From a virus: 60,911 nt of DNA. The translations under genes were made by a program, and so were the position numbers. The stretch is taken from IMG/VR virus record IMGVR_UViG_3300037193_002766, positions 1-60,911 of that record, one strand, 5' to 3'. Positions 48,216 through 56,607 of the stretch are shown one piece after another. Within the stretch, counting starts at the first letter, position 1. Each line of letters starts with the position of its first letter. Under the pieces are notes generated by a model. That model did not search any database. It was not told the origin of the DNA and was given only the letters and a program-made list of their open reading frames with translations.

Positions 48216-49454
48216 GTGGCTAGGCCTCCGCTGGAGATCGGCACCTACGGAGAGATCTACAGGTCAGCGCGCGTGGACGGCAGATGGATGCCGTTGGACG
48301 ATGTTCCCGAGGGCGCCACGCCTGACCAGTTCAAGGCGTCGGCCCGCTACCGCCCCAAGGACGGGCACACGCGGCAGATGGAGCGCGTCGGGACCACCGT
48401 GAACAAGGCGGTGCAGAACCTCAAGAAGGCACTCGCCGAGCGACTCGGTAACAGCAAGACCGGCAAAATCACCGCAGGCACGCGGTTCAGCGTTGCCGCG
48501 GCGGAGTACCTCAGCCTCGTGCGCCAACGACAGGTCGGTACCACCTACGACAGGTACAAGGGCCGCTACAAGTGCCACCTGGCGCCCGCACTCGACGGGC
48601 TGTTGATTCGCGAGTGCACGCCGAAAAGGCTCACCGAGGTCTTCCGCGAATTGGAGGCCGCTGGCCTATCCGCCCAAACGCGGCGTGGCATCAAGACCGT
48701 CCTCAGCGGCATTCTGCAAGAGGCCATCAACCAAGGCGCCCTGGAGGTCAACCCGGCGCGGTCGATGGAGCGCATCAAGGGGCAGCGCCGCAAGAAGCAG
48801 GTCGCGCTCGACGGCACCGCGCTCGTCACCTTCTTCGCGCGGCTCGACGGCGACGATGTCGCATGCCGGCAGGACCTGCCGGACTTCCTTCGACTGCTCT
48901 TCGGCGTCGGGTGCCGCTACGGCGAGGCGCTCGCCCTGCGGTGGCGCGACATCAACCTGACCGACGAAACGGTCATCGCCGAAGACGGCTACGGCAACGA
49001 GGTCGAGCTGCCTCCTCGCAGCATCTGGTTCAACGGCAACCTGGTGCACATCACCGGTCAGGGCGTCGTTCGCCACGAGGGCAAGACCTTCACGAGTAAC
49101 GGCGTGGTCATCATGCCGGAGTTCCTGTACCTGATGCTGTTGATCCGCAAGCCTGTCGGTGCCGGGCTTGACGACCCGGTGTTCCCGAGCCAGACGATGG
49201 GGTGGCGGTCGCCGTCCAACATGCAGCGGTCGGTGCGGCGGATGCGGATCCGCATCGGTTACCCGAAGCTGAGGACCCACGACGGCCGGCGGTCCGTCGC
49301 GACGGCGCTCGACAAGGCCGGGCAGACCGGTCGGGTCATCGCTCAGGTGCTGCGGCAGGCGAAGCCGTCGATGGCGCAGGACCGGTACATGGATCTGCGG
49401 TCGCCGAGCGCTGAAGCGGCGGCTGCGCTGGATCGCCTTCATGGGGCGGCCTGA
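48216..49454 (+). CDS. int: Tyrosine integrase
   Basis: 412 aa from GTG 48216 (the ORF track starts at TTG 48165). Arg in CRYGEALALRWRDI, H-x-x-R in THDGRRSVAT, and a C-terminal Tyr in AQDRYMD. Confidence 0.9.
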   Translation: MARPPLEIGTYGEIYRSARVDGRWMPLDDVPEGATPDQFKASARYRPKDGHTRQMERVGTTVNKAVQNLKKALAERLGNSKTGKITAGTRFSVAAAEYLSLVRQRQVGTTYDRYKGRYKCHLAPALDGLLIRECTPKRLTEVFRELEAAGLSAQTRRGIKTVLSGILQEAINQGALEVNPARSMERIKGQRRKKQVALDGTALVTFFARLDGDDVACRQDLPDFLRLLFGVGCRYGEALALRWRDINLTDETVIAEDGYGNEVELPPRSIWFNGNLVHITGQGVVRHEGKTFTSNGVVIMPEFLYLMLLIRKPVGAGLDDPVFPSQTMGWRSPSNMQRSVRRMRIRIGYPKLRTHDGRRSVATALDKAGQTGRVIAQVLRQAKPSMAQDRYMDLRSPSAEAAAALDRLHGAA

Positions 49455-49473
49455 GCGGCCCGGAGAACGACGA

Positions 49474-49531
49474 AACGCCCCTCCCGCGGCTCGACCCAGG
49501 CGGAAGCTGGGGAGCACGCGGGAGGGGCGTT
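49474..49531. terminator. Bidirectional hairpin (15-bp perfect stem, long loop) between int and the lysis cassette
   Basis: aacgcccctcccgcg pairs with cgcgggaggggcgtt. Confidence 0.6.
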
Positions 49532-49595
49532 GTCGTGCCGCGCAGGAGGTGCGGCATCCGGGGTGGGCTCACTGCGGTGGGATCGCGGCGAGCGT

Positions 49596-49898
49596 CTACA
49601 GCACGTGGCCGTCGACGACGAGTGGCCGGCCGCTGTTGTCGACTGGGTCGCTGACCGGCGTCACCTTCGGCTCTGCGGACTTCACGACGCCGAACGCGGA
49701 GAGAAGTGATGTCACGAGCGCGACAACGCCAGGGATCGCGCCAAGAAGGCCGTTGACCGCGTCGCCTTGTGTGGCGCTGATGATGCCCCACCCGACCAGG
49801 CTCGTCACGATCGAGCCGATCAGTGCGACTGCCGAGCCGACAGACTTGAACGCTTCGAGGATTGGCCGCGGGCGGGTACGGATGTCGACTGTGGACAT
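49596..49898 (-). CDS. Holin-like protein (2 TM)
   Basis: 100 aa, RBS AGGAG. TM1 SVGSAVALIGSIVTSLVGWGIISA, TM2 GLLGAIPGVVALVTSLLSAFGVV. Confidence 0.6.
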   Translation of the reverse strand: MSTVDIRTRPRPILEAFKSVGSAVALIGSIVTSLVGWGIISATQGDAVNGLLGAIPGVVALVTSLLSAFGVVKSAEPKVTPVSDPVDNSGRPLVVDGHVL

Positions 49899-49901
49899 GG
49901 A

Positions 49902-50963
49902 TCACTCCTGCTTCTGGTTCGAGCCGTCGGCGGGGGTGCCGGCGGGGGCGGGAACGCGCGTGAGGCGGACGTCCGCGATCGCGCGGTCGACCTTTTGGTC
50001 CACGAGCTGCATCAGGGCTTCGGGGTCGAGGCCGTTGGACATGGCCAGTGCCTTGACGACCTCGGTGAGAACGCTGGCGTGGAAGGCGAATCGGGCGCCG
50101 GTGCCGACGACGTTCGCCAAGGTGTCCCACCAGCCGACCTGGCGCTGCTCGCCGGGGTTGTCCGGGTCGTCCTCCATCACGGGCGTGCCGTCCGGGTTGA
50201 CCTCCGGAACCCAGATCGGCGAGTTGCCGAGCACCTCGGCGAAGTCTTGCCGCGCCCGCACGACATCCGGGTGCTCGCTGTCGCTCGCGAGCTCGTGGAA
50301 GTAGCTGGAGATCCCGTTGTGCGCGTCCGCTGCGGACATGGTGTCGCCTCCGATGGGTTCGAACTGCTTGACGAGGTCCGCCTCGACCGGCGGTTCGCCG
50401 GGGTAGATGCGGCCGTTGTTCCACTGGTAAATGGCGATGCCCGGTCGCCAGCCCGACTCCGCGCCGCACAGCCACAGCTCGTCGACGACGTTGCGGTCCT
50501 GTAGGCGGTAGATCACGTCCTTGAACCCGTAGCCGCCCGCCAGATAGCCGGCCGCGCGGACCACCTCGGCGAACGCAGCGAAGAATTGCTCCGCGACGTC
50601 GAGGTTGTAGGAGCCGATCGGTGCGTCGCCACAGGCGTAGATCGGCTCGCCTGTGCGGTAGCCAATCGAGCGCGCGTACGCGACCGCGGCATGCCCGAAC
50701 TCGCGACCGCGCGCTGCACCGCCCATCGGGTCGTGGGTGCCGCGCTGGTAGATCAGCAACGAGCGGATGCCAGCGGCGAGGTGCGACTCGTACTCGGCCT
50801 TCGTCAGCACTGCATGCTGCTGGCCAGGGAAGTCCGCGTACCTCAGGACGAATGAGAGCCGCCACTGCTGGAAACCCGAATCGGTGTACCTGAAGCGGCT
50901 CAACGCGTCGCCGTGGATCTGTCGGGCGCTCCAGTCGGCGCCGTACGCGATGGGTGTGGCCAT
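49902..50963 (-). CDS. Putative endolysin, Rv2525c/DUF1906-like glycoside-hydrolase fold
   Basis: 353 aa in the lysis cassette. The N-terminal domain pattern is recalled as DUF1906-like. The C-terminal half is unknown. Confidence 0.55.
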   Translation of the reverse strand: MATPIAYGADWSARQIHGDALSRFRYTDSGFQQWRLSFVLRYADFPGQQHAVLTKAEYESHLAAGIRSLLIYQRGTHDPMGGAARGREFGHAAVAYARSIGYRTGEPIYACGDAPIGSYNLDVAEQFFAAFAEVVRAAGYLAGGYGFKDVIYRLQDRNVVDELWLCGAESGWRPGIAIYQWNNGRIYPGEPPVEADLVKQFEPIGGDTMSAADAHNGISSYFHELASDSEHPDVVRARQDFAEVLGNSPIWVPEVNPDGTPVMEDDPDNPGEQRQVGWWDTLANVVGTGARFAFHASVLTEVVKALAMSNGLDPEALMQLVDQKVDRAIADVRLTRVPAPAGTPADGSNQKQE

Positions 50964-50967
50964 GGCC

Positions 50968-51747
50968 TTACCTCACGGTGGGGAGTAGGGAAATGCCCGT
51001 GGTGGTTGTGGGTGTCGGCGTCACGGTCGAGGTCGTGCAGGCGTTGCCCGCGTCCTCGGTGGCACCGTCGGTGTAGGTGACCCGCCACCGGCAGTCGACG
51101 ACCTCGGCCCGCTGCACACCGCGACCCGGCGGACCTACTGGAAGTGGCCCGGCGTCTTGTGTGGTGCCGTCGGTGTACGTGACGACCAGGCGGCCCTCGA
51201 CGGCCGCCACGGAGGTGACACCCCGGCCGGGTGCACCGTCGTCGCCGTCGGTTCCAACGACCTGGCCCACGTCTTCGGTAGAGCCGTCGCTGTACGACAG
51301 CACCAGACGCCCAGCGACGATCGCCGTACCAACCACACCCCGCCCGGCCGCACCGTTCGCGCCAGGCTGGCCGACGACCGGGCCGACGTCACGGGAAGTA
51401 CCGTCGTCGTAGGCGATCAGCAGGCGGCCGTCCACGATGGCCGTGCCCGCGATGCCGCGCCCTGCGGGCCCCGGTTCGCCTGGCGGGCCACGTTCAGGTT
51501 CCGGCGGCTGAACCACCGGCACACCGCCAAGCTTTTCCACCTGGTCGGCGAGCACCTGCGCCACCCGCGCGTTGTCATCAGCCCGCGTGCCAAGGGAATC
51601 GACGCTGCGGAACAGCATCACCATCGCGGCTGCCGCGCTTACAAGGCCGAGAACTAACACTGCGAACCCGATCCACAGCCCTCGGTGCCGCCGGTCATCA
51701 CGGGCAGCGTGCGCTGCTTGTTCAACCACCTGCTCGATCCGGGTCAC
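50968..51747 (-). CDS. Membrane-anchored protein with short collagen-like Gly tracts and four ~35-aa tandem repeats
   Basis: 259 aa with an N-terminal TM segment. The unit G-x-x-GRG-[IV]...IV-x-GRL...Y-x-DGT-x-x-D-x-G occurs 4 times. Confidence 0.65.
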   Translation of the reverse strand: MTRIEQVVEQAAHAARDDRRHRGLWIGFAVLVLGLVSAAAAMVMLFRSVDSLGTRADDNARVAQVLADQVEKLGGVPVVQPPEPERGPPGEPGPAGRGIAGTAIVDGRLLIAYDDGTSRDVGPVVGQPGANGAAGRGVVGTAIVAGRLVLSYSDGSTEDVGQVVGTDGDDGAPGRGVTSVAAVEGRLVVTYTDGTTQDAGPLPVGPPGRGVQRAEVVDCRWRVTYTDGATEDAGNACTTSTVTPTPTTTTGISLLPTVR

Positions 51748-52001
51748 GTCTCGTCGCCTCCCTCGGGGAGCTCTTCGAGCGCGCCGGCCAGCTCGTCGGG
51801 CGTGATCTCGCCGTCTTCCGCGGCTGCGACGAGCGCTTTGACGAACGCCGCCATCTCGTCGGCTCCAGCCTGTGCCGCTGTCTTCCGCTCGCGCCGCGAC
51901 ATGCGCCTGGTGTTGGCGATGAGCACGTAGGCACCGGCAATCGCGGTGACGAGCCCGCCGAGGCCGCTGATCGCCGTGATGAGCGCTGCAACTTCACCCA
52001 C
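51744..52001 (-). CDS. Small membrane protein (holin/lysis accessory candidate)
   Basis: GTG 52001 preceded by GGAGG (the ORF track extends to 52028). One TM segment plus a charged C terminus. Confidence 0.55.
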   Translation of the reverse strand: MGEVAALITAISGLGGLVTAIAGAYVLIANTRRMSRRERKTAAQAGADEMAAFVKALVAAAEDGEITPDELAGALEELPEGGDET

Positions 52002-52173
52002 CCACACCTCCTGACCTTTGTTGTGCACGCCAGGTGAGTTGGTCGTGACGGCTGGTGGTGGCCGTGCTCTGATCGGGTGCCAACTTCAACCAGCAGGTAG
52101 CGCCAGGCGTCCTTGATTCCGATACAGCCAGGGAGTGCCCTCGGATGCGGGCGCCGTTCAAGGGGAGTTCCGC

Positions 52174-52581
52174 GTGAAGAAGCAGGCCACTGTGTTGGCA
52201 GCCGCAGGTGTCGTTGTCGCCACGATGGCAGCGGCGGGTGCGACCTTGCTGTCCAGCACGGGCGGTGAGCCGCCGGCGCGGGATACCGTGCCAGCTGGAC
52301 AGTTTGTTTCGACGCCCGCGTCGTCCGCGCCCACCAGTTCGACTGAGCTCAACGCGGCGGTGGCGAGCGAGACCGCGAAGGACACCGCCGTGACGAACCC
52401 TCAAGCGCCGCAGCCGGTGCAGCCGCAACCGCCCGCAGACGCATCCACGAACGCGCCAGCGCCGGATCCGGTGCCGACGGCGGACAACGGTGCGCCGCTC
52501 AACCCGCCGCCCCCGCCGCCGGCGGCGCCCGGTTCCAACCCGAACGGTGTGCCCAACCCGGATCCCGCGCCGACGACCTGA
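52174..52581 (+). CDS. Secreted or membrane-anchored Pro-rich protein (reverse-oriented moron in the tail module)
   Basis: 135 aa from GTG 52174, preceded by AAGGGGAG. Signal/anchor KKQATVLAAAGVVVATMAAAGATLL, then a Pro/Ala/Thr-rich region. Confidence 0.6.
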   Translation: MKKQATVLAAAGVVVATMAAAGATLLSSTGGEPPARDTVPAGQFVSTPASSAPTSSTELNAAVASETAKDTAVTNPQAPQPVQPQPPADASTNAPAPDPVPTADNGAPLNPPPPPPAAPGSNPNGVPNPDPAPTT

Positions 52582-52582
52582 G

Positions 52583-53275
52583 TCAGGGTGTCTGGCGCAT
52601 CGAGCAGCGGAACACCCCGCCGACCGCGCCTGCGCCGTTGGTGCGCTGCACCTCAAGCTCAAGCCGGACACGGTCGTTGTAGTTGCCAGGAAGAGCAACC
52701 GTCTGGATCGCCTGCCAGGCGAACAATCCGGACGTGACCGGCATGACGGACCCGATCGGTGAGCCGTTGCACGTGAACCGGGCGTTGCCGATGCCGCCTC
52801 CGGTCGAGAGAACCAACGCCTCCAGTTCGGCATACGGCTGCTGCTTGATGACCTGCCCGCTGGACTGCATGGCGATGTAGGTGGCACTGGACGTGGTTGG
52901 GATCTCGGTCGACAGCACGTTGATGACCGGGTGTGGAAGCCACGGCCGGGCGAGCCCCTGCCCGGCCGCCGCGTCGTCGGACAGCACGACGTTCGCCGCG
53001 CGGTCCCAGCCAGCCCAGAACTGGTCTCCACTCCCAGTTGTGCCCAGTTCGATCGCGGCGGTCCCATCGTCGCGCCGCAGCGAGAAGAAGTACTTGCCTC
53101 CGGCACCCAAGCCGACCTTCAGCAACCAGGTGCCGAGATTGGCGTGCAGCACCTGGAACTCGCCGCGGAATGAGCTCGACGACAGGCCCTTGTTCTTCCT
53201 CAGCTCGGCGAGCTGGAGTCGCAGGTCCTTGATCTGATCGATCAGGGTCGTCGGGAGGTTGTTGCCCGCCATCAC
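52583..53275 (-). CDS. Minor tail protein
   Basis: 230 aa, last tail-tip gene. Confidence 0.6.
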   Translation of the reverse strand: MMAGNNLPTTLIDQIKDLRLQLAELRKNKGLSSSSFRGEFQVLHANLGTWLLKVGLGAGGKYFFSLRRDDGTAAIELGTTGSGDQFWAGWDRAANVVLSDDAAAGQGLARPWLPHPVINVLSTEIPTTSSATYIAMQSSGQVIKQQPYAELEALVLSTGGGIGNARFTCNGSPIGSVMPVTSGLFAWQAIQTVALPGNYNDRVRLELEVQRTNGAGAVGGVFRCSMRQTP

Positions 53276-53284
53276 GGCCTCCCG

Positions 53285-54433
53285 TCAGGCGACGTCGTCC
53301 AGCAGCGGCGCCATCGTCAACTCGACGCTCTCGTCCTGGTCCTCCGTGGCGGGAGTGACGTCGGCACGCATGATCCGCATCGTGGTGTCGATCCCGTTCG
53401 GGAACCAGTCGTCCTCGATGCGGACGCGGCCGTCGTCGCCAACACCCCACTCGCCGATCCGCGGTGAGCGGTCGCCACGCACGACGAGCCTCGGCAGCAC
53501 CACAGGAAGCCGGGCCAGTTGCTGGTCGGAGTCCGCGTGCGACTGGAGCACGGTTGGGTCGGTAACGCTGGAGTAGCCGGTCTCGGACTCCATCAGGGGC
53601 CATGCCGCGCGAGCCTCGCTGGTGTCCTCGGCGACAGCGATCGGCTGGGCGAACTCGTTGCCCGAGCCGGCGGCGAACACGCGCTTGGCGTAGCGGGCGC
53701 CGTCGCTGGGCCAGGTGTAGTCGGTGATGTTGCCGTCGGTCTCCCACACCCACGCCGAGCCCTGCTGACCGAGCAGCGGCGTTCCAGTGCGCATGATCCG
53801 CACGGGGCGGCCGTTGGCGTCGGGGCTAGGGGAGACCCCGAACGTGATGTCCGGGCCGTCCACGATCGCTGTGAGGCGCCGCAGTTCCTGGCCGACGTCG
53901 GCGAGTTCGTAGCCGTACCACGTGCGGTCACGCAGGATGCCGCTGGTGACGGCGTCGAGGCTGATGTTGAGGTTGCCGCCGGAGTGGGACTGGGCGAGCG
54001 TCACGAGGTACCGAGCGAGAGCGTTCTGGTCGACGCCGGTCTGCGTGACCGACAGGTTGGCGATCTCGAACTGCACGTCGATCGGTGGCGTGAGCAGCGG
54101 CAGGAGTTTGCGGTGGTCGAAGTACGTCCACCAGTCGCCCGCCTGCAGCTGCACGACGCCGGAACTCTTGCTGTAGGTGCGGGTCCAGATGATGCCGCCC
54201 CACTGCGGGACGCCGTCCCGCAGGGCGTAGATGCAGCGTCGGCACGGAAGCGTTGCGTCGTAAGGGTCTTTGACCCGCCGCTTCGCGGCCGTCCGGGAGT
54301 CGACCTTGAACGAGCCGCGGAGCTGGCCGGCGTCGTTGAGCACCAGGCTGTAGCCGACGCCGGTCAACGGCAACTCGGTGATGAGGACGTTCGTCAGCAG
54401 GTCGTGCACGGTGTATGTCCAGGTAGCGACCAT
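53285..54433 (-). CDS. Minor tail protein (Tal-like by position)
   Basis: 382 aa from ATG 54433 (ATGA coupling). Confidence 0.6.
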   Translation of the reverse strand: MVATWTYTVHDLLTNVLITELPLTGVGYSLVLNDAGQLRGSFKVDSRTAAKRRVKDPYDATLPCRRCIYALRDGVPQWGGIIWTRTYSKSSGVVQLQAGDWWTYFDHRKLLPLLTPPIDVQFEIANLSVTQTGVDQNALARYLVTLAQSHSGGNLNISLDAVTSGILRDRTWYGYELADVGQELRRLTAIVDGPDITFGVSPSPDANGRPVRIMRTGTPLLGQQGSAWVWETDGNITDYTWPSDGARYAKRVFAAGSGNEFAQPIAVAEDTSEARAAWPLMESETGYSSVTDPTVLQSHADSDQQLARLPVVLPRLVVRGDRSPRIGEWGVGDDGRVRIEDDWFPNGIDTTMRIMRADVTPATEDQDESVELTMAPLLDDVA

Positions 54434-55704
54434 CAGGGTCCAACCCAGCGCAGGTCGAGCTGGCACCAGCCCTCGTCGGTGGAGTTGGCCTCGGAGGCGG
54501 CGTTGTTGCCACCACCACCACCGCTGTTACCGGTCCTGATTCCAGCGATGCAGATGATGTCGCCAGCAGCGAACCGGCGGCGGACGGCCACTGCGAGGTT
54601 GGTCGAGTTGGTGTCGGCCAGCGGCTCGTTCACCGTGGTGACCTTGTAGGCGCTTGTGCCGGGCGAAGCGCCGGGGAAGATGCCGAGCTGGTAGCGCATC
54701 GCCGCGACGTTGGTGATGTTGGCGCGGACGCTGGCGTCGATGTCCCAGGTGCCACCGCGCTGCAACGTGAACTGGTCGGACGAGCCGTTCGGCACGACGT
54801 CGGCAGAGGTATTGACCGCCACGTCGAACGCCTGCCGGACCCAGGTCGCGGCGACGAACGCGTTGGCCTGGGCACTGGTGCGCTTGTACTTGGCGTGTCC
54901 GCCGTTCACGGCGGTGTGCAGCACACCGAGCCACGCCGAGCCGGTCCACCGGTACAGCATGCTGTCCGTGGACAGGATGACGAGCTGGCCGCTGTACGGG
55001 TCGGTGACGTCGGCGAGCGCGGCGACGGTGACCAGGCCGCGGATGCGCCAGGCGGCGCCGTCGGACGTTTCGTGCCAGCCCTTGTCGAGGCGGTAGATGG
55101 TGAACCCGGCCCAGTGCGTGAGGGTCGCGCGGTCGGTGAGGGACTTGACGGGCAGCACGCCGCCGAGCGCGACGACCCAGCCGGGCCGCAGGTCGTCGAT
55201 CATCGCGTTGGTGATCGTTGTCGCGCCAGCGGTCACGCGCACGCGCGCCAGCGGGATGTAGTCGGGGTACGCGGCGAGCGACGGGTCCGCTGGCGTGGCG
55301 GACGGCGTGCCCTGCACGCGGATCGCACCTGACAGGGTCGACGGGTCGCTGTAGTAGGTGTCGAGCTGCCGGTAGATGATCAGGTCGTTGCGCTGATTAC
55401 TCGGATCCGCCGGCACGTCCAGGATCGGCACGGTGATCTGTGCTGGCTCCGTGACGATGTACGGAGGGTTGTTCGTGCCGCGCGTGGCGGGCAGGCCGCC
55501 TTGGAACGCCTGCACCGTCACGTTCGCACCAGGTGTGCCGGTAGCCGCGACCAGACCCGGTGATCCAGGCCCTGGCCGAAGCCCTTGACGGGTGTTGAGC
55601 GCGCTGCTTCCCGGCGTCCACAGTGCACCGATCGCGTGCCGCGCGTCCTCAGCGTCGACCAGGCGGCTCGAACCGTTCATCACGGCCCACGGATCACGCG
55701 CCAC
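54433..55704 (-). CDS. Minor tail protein
   Basis: 423 aa, GTG start preceded by AAGGGGG. Confidence 0.65.
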   Translation of the reverse strand: MARDPWAVMNGSSRLVDAEDARHAIGALWTPGSSALNTRQGLRPGPGSPGLVAATGTPGANVTVQAFQGGLPATRGTNNPPYIVTEPAQITVPILDVPADPSNQRNDLIIYRQLDTYYSDPSTLSGAIRVQGTPSATPADPSLAAYPDYIPLARVRVTAGATTITNAMIDDLRPGWVVALGGVLPVKSLTDRATLTHWAGFTIYRLDKGWHETSDGAAWRIRGLVTVAALADVTDPYSGQLVILSTDSMLYRWTGSAWLGVLHTAVNGGHAKYKRTSAQANAFVAATWVRQAFDVAVNTSADVVPNGSSDQFTLQRGGTWDIDASVRANITNVAAMRYQLGIFPGASPGTSAYKVTTVNEPLADTNSTNLAVAVRRRFAAGDIICIAGIRTGNSGGGGGNNAASEANSTDEGWCQLDLRWVGP

Positions 55705-55719
55705 AGCAGACCCCCTTTG

Positions 55720-56607
55720 CTAGTGCCATGCGTGCCGCCAGCGGGCGACGAGCTGAGAAGCCGGGTCGTAGACCGCGGCGCCGAACGAGATGGGTGTGGA
55801 GACACCGGGTTGCAGCGGTGCCCACTGGTCGACGATGAGGTTCTGCCGCACGCTGACCCCGCTGATTTCGACGGTGTGCCAGGTCGGGCGGGTGTCGATG
55901 GTCATCGTCTGGCCGGCGAGCACGACGAAGTCGGACTTGAACCTGAGCGTGCGGCCGGAGTACGTGATGGTCGGCCCGGTGCAAGGGCCGATGATGTCGA
56001 ACGCGGGCCACGTGGGCACGTGGCCCGCGTTGAGAGCAGTGATCACGCCGTTCTGCTGCGCGCCACCGAAGTCCAGCCCGCCGCCGCTGAAGTCGAGGCC
56101 ACCAGAGCTGAAGTCCAGACCGGACACCGACCCGGTCGCGAGGTTGGTGCTGAGGGTCTCCTCGTTGATGCTGTAGAGCCGCGGATCGGTGGCCTCCCAC
56201 ACGATCAGGCCCTCGGTGTAGCCGACCGTGTAGCGCTTGTCCGTGGGAATGAAACGGCGGTGCACACGCGCCCAGCACAGCCGCGGCTTGCCATCCAACT
56301 GGACCGCGAGGGCTTCTTCTGCTGGATCCTCGTCCGGCGCGGTGATCTGCAGCAGTTGATCGATCGCGTCGGGGAACTCCGCGCGCGGCGTGTTCTTGGT
56401 CTTGAAATGAAACTCGACGTACCGCTCGGTCGAGAGCTTCCGGCCAGGGAACGCGCCGTGCCGGTTGGGCAGCGGAGCATTGCCGCCCCGCTGCCCAGGC
56501 AAGTCCCACCAGCCGATGATCTGCTTGGTGCTGAAGGCCGTTCCGCTGCCGAGCACCGTGTTGCGCCACTCCAGTTGCGCATCCGCGGTGAGCAGCTCGC
56601 CTGCCAT
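55720..56607 (-). CDS. Distal tail protein (Dit-like)
   Basis: 295 aa, directly after the tape measure gene. Confidence 0.7.
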   Translation of the reverse strand: MAGELLTADAQLEWRNTVLGSGTAFSTKQIIGWWDLPGQRGGNAPLPNRHGAFPGRKLSTERYVEFHFKTKNTPRAEFPDAIDQLLQITAPDEDPAEEALAVQLDGKPRLCWARVHRRFIPTDKRYTVGYTEGLIVWEATDPRLYSINEETLSTNLATGSVSGLDFSSGGLDFSGGGLDFGGAQQNGVITALNAGHVPTWPAFDIIGPCTGPTITYSGRTLRFKSDFVVLAGQTMTIDTRPTWHTVEISGVSVRQNLIVDQWAPLQPGVSTPISFGAAVYDPASQLVARWRHAWH

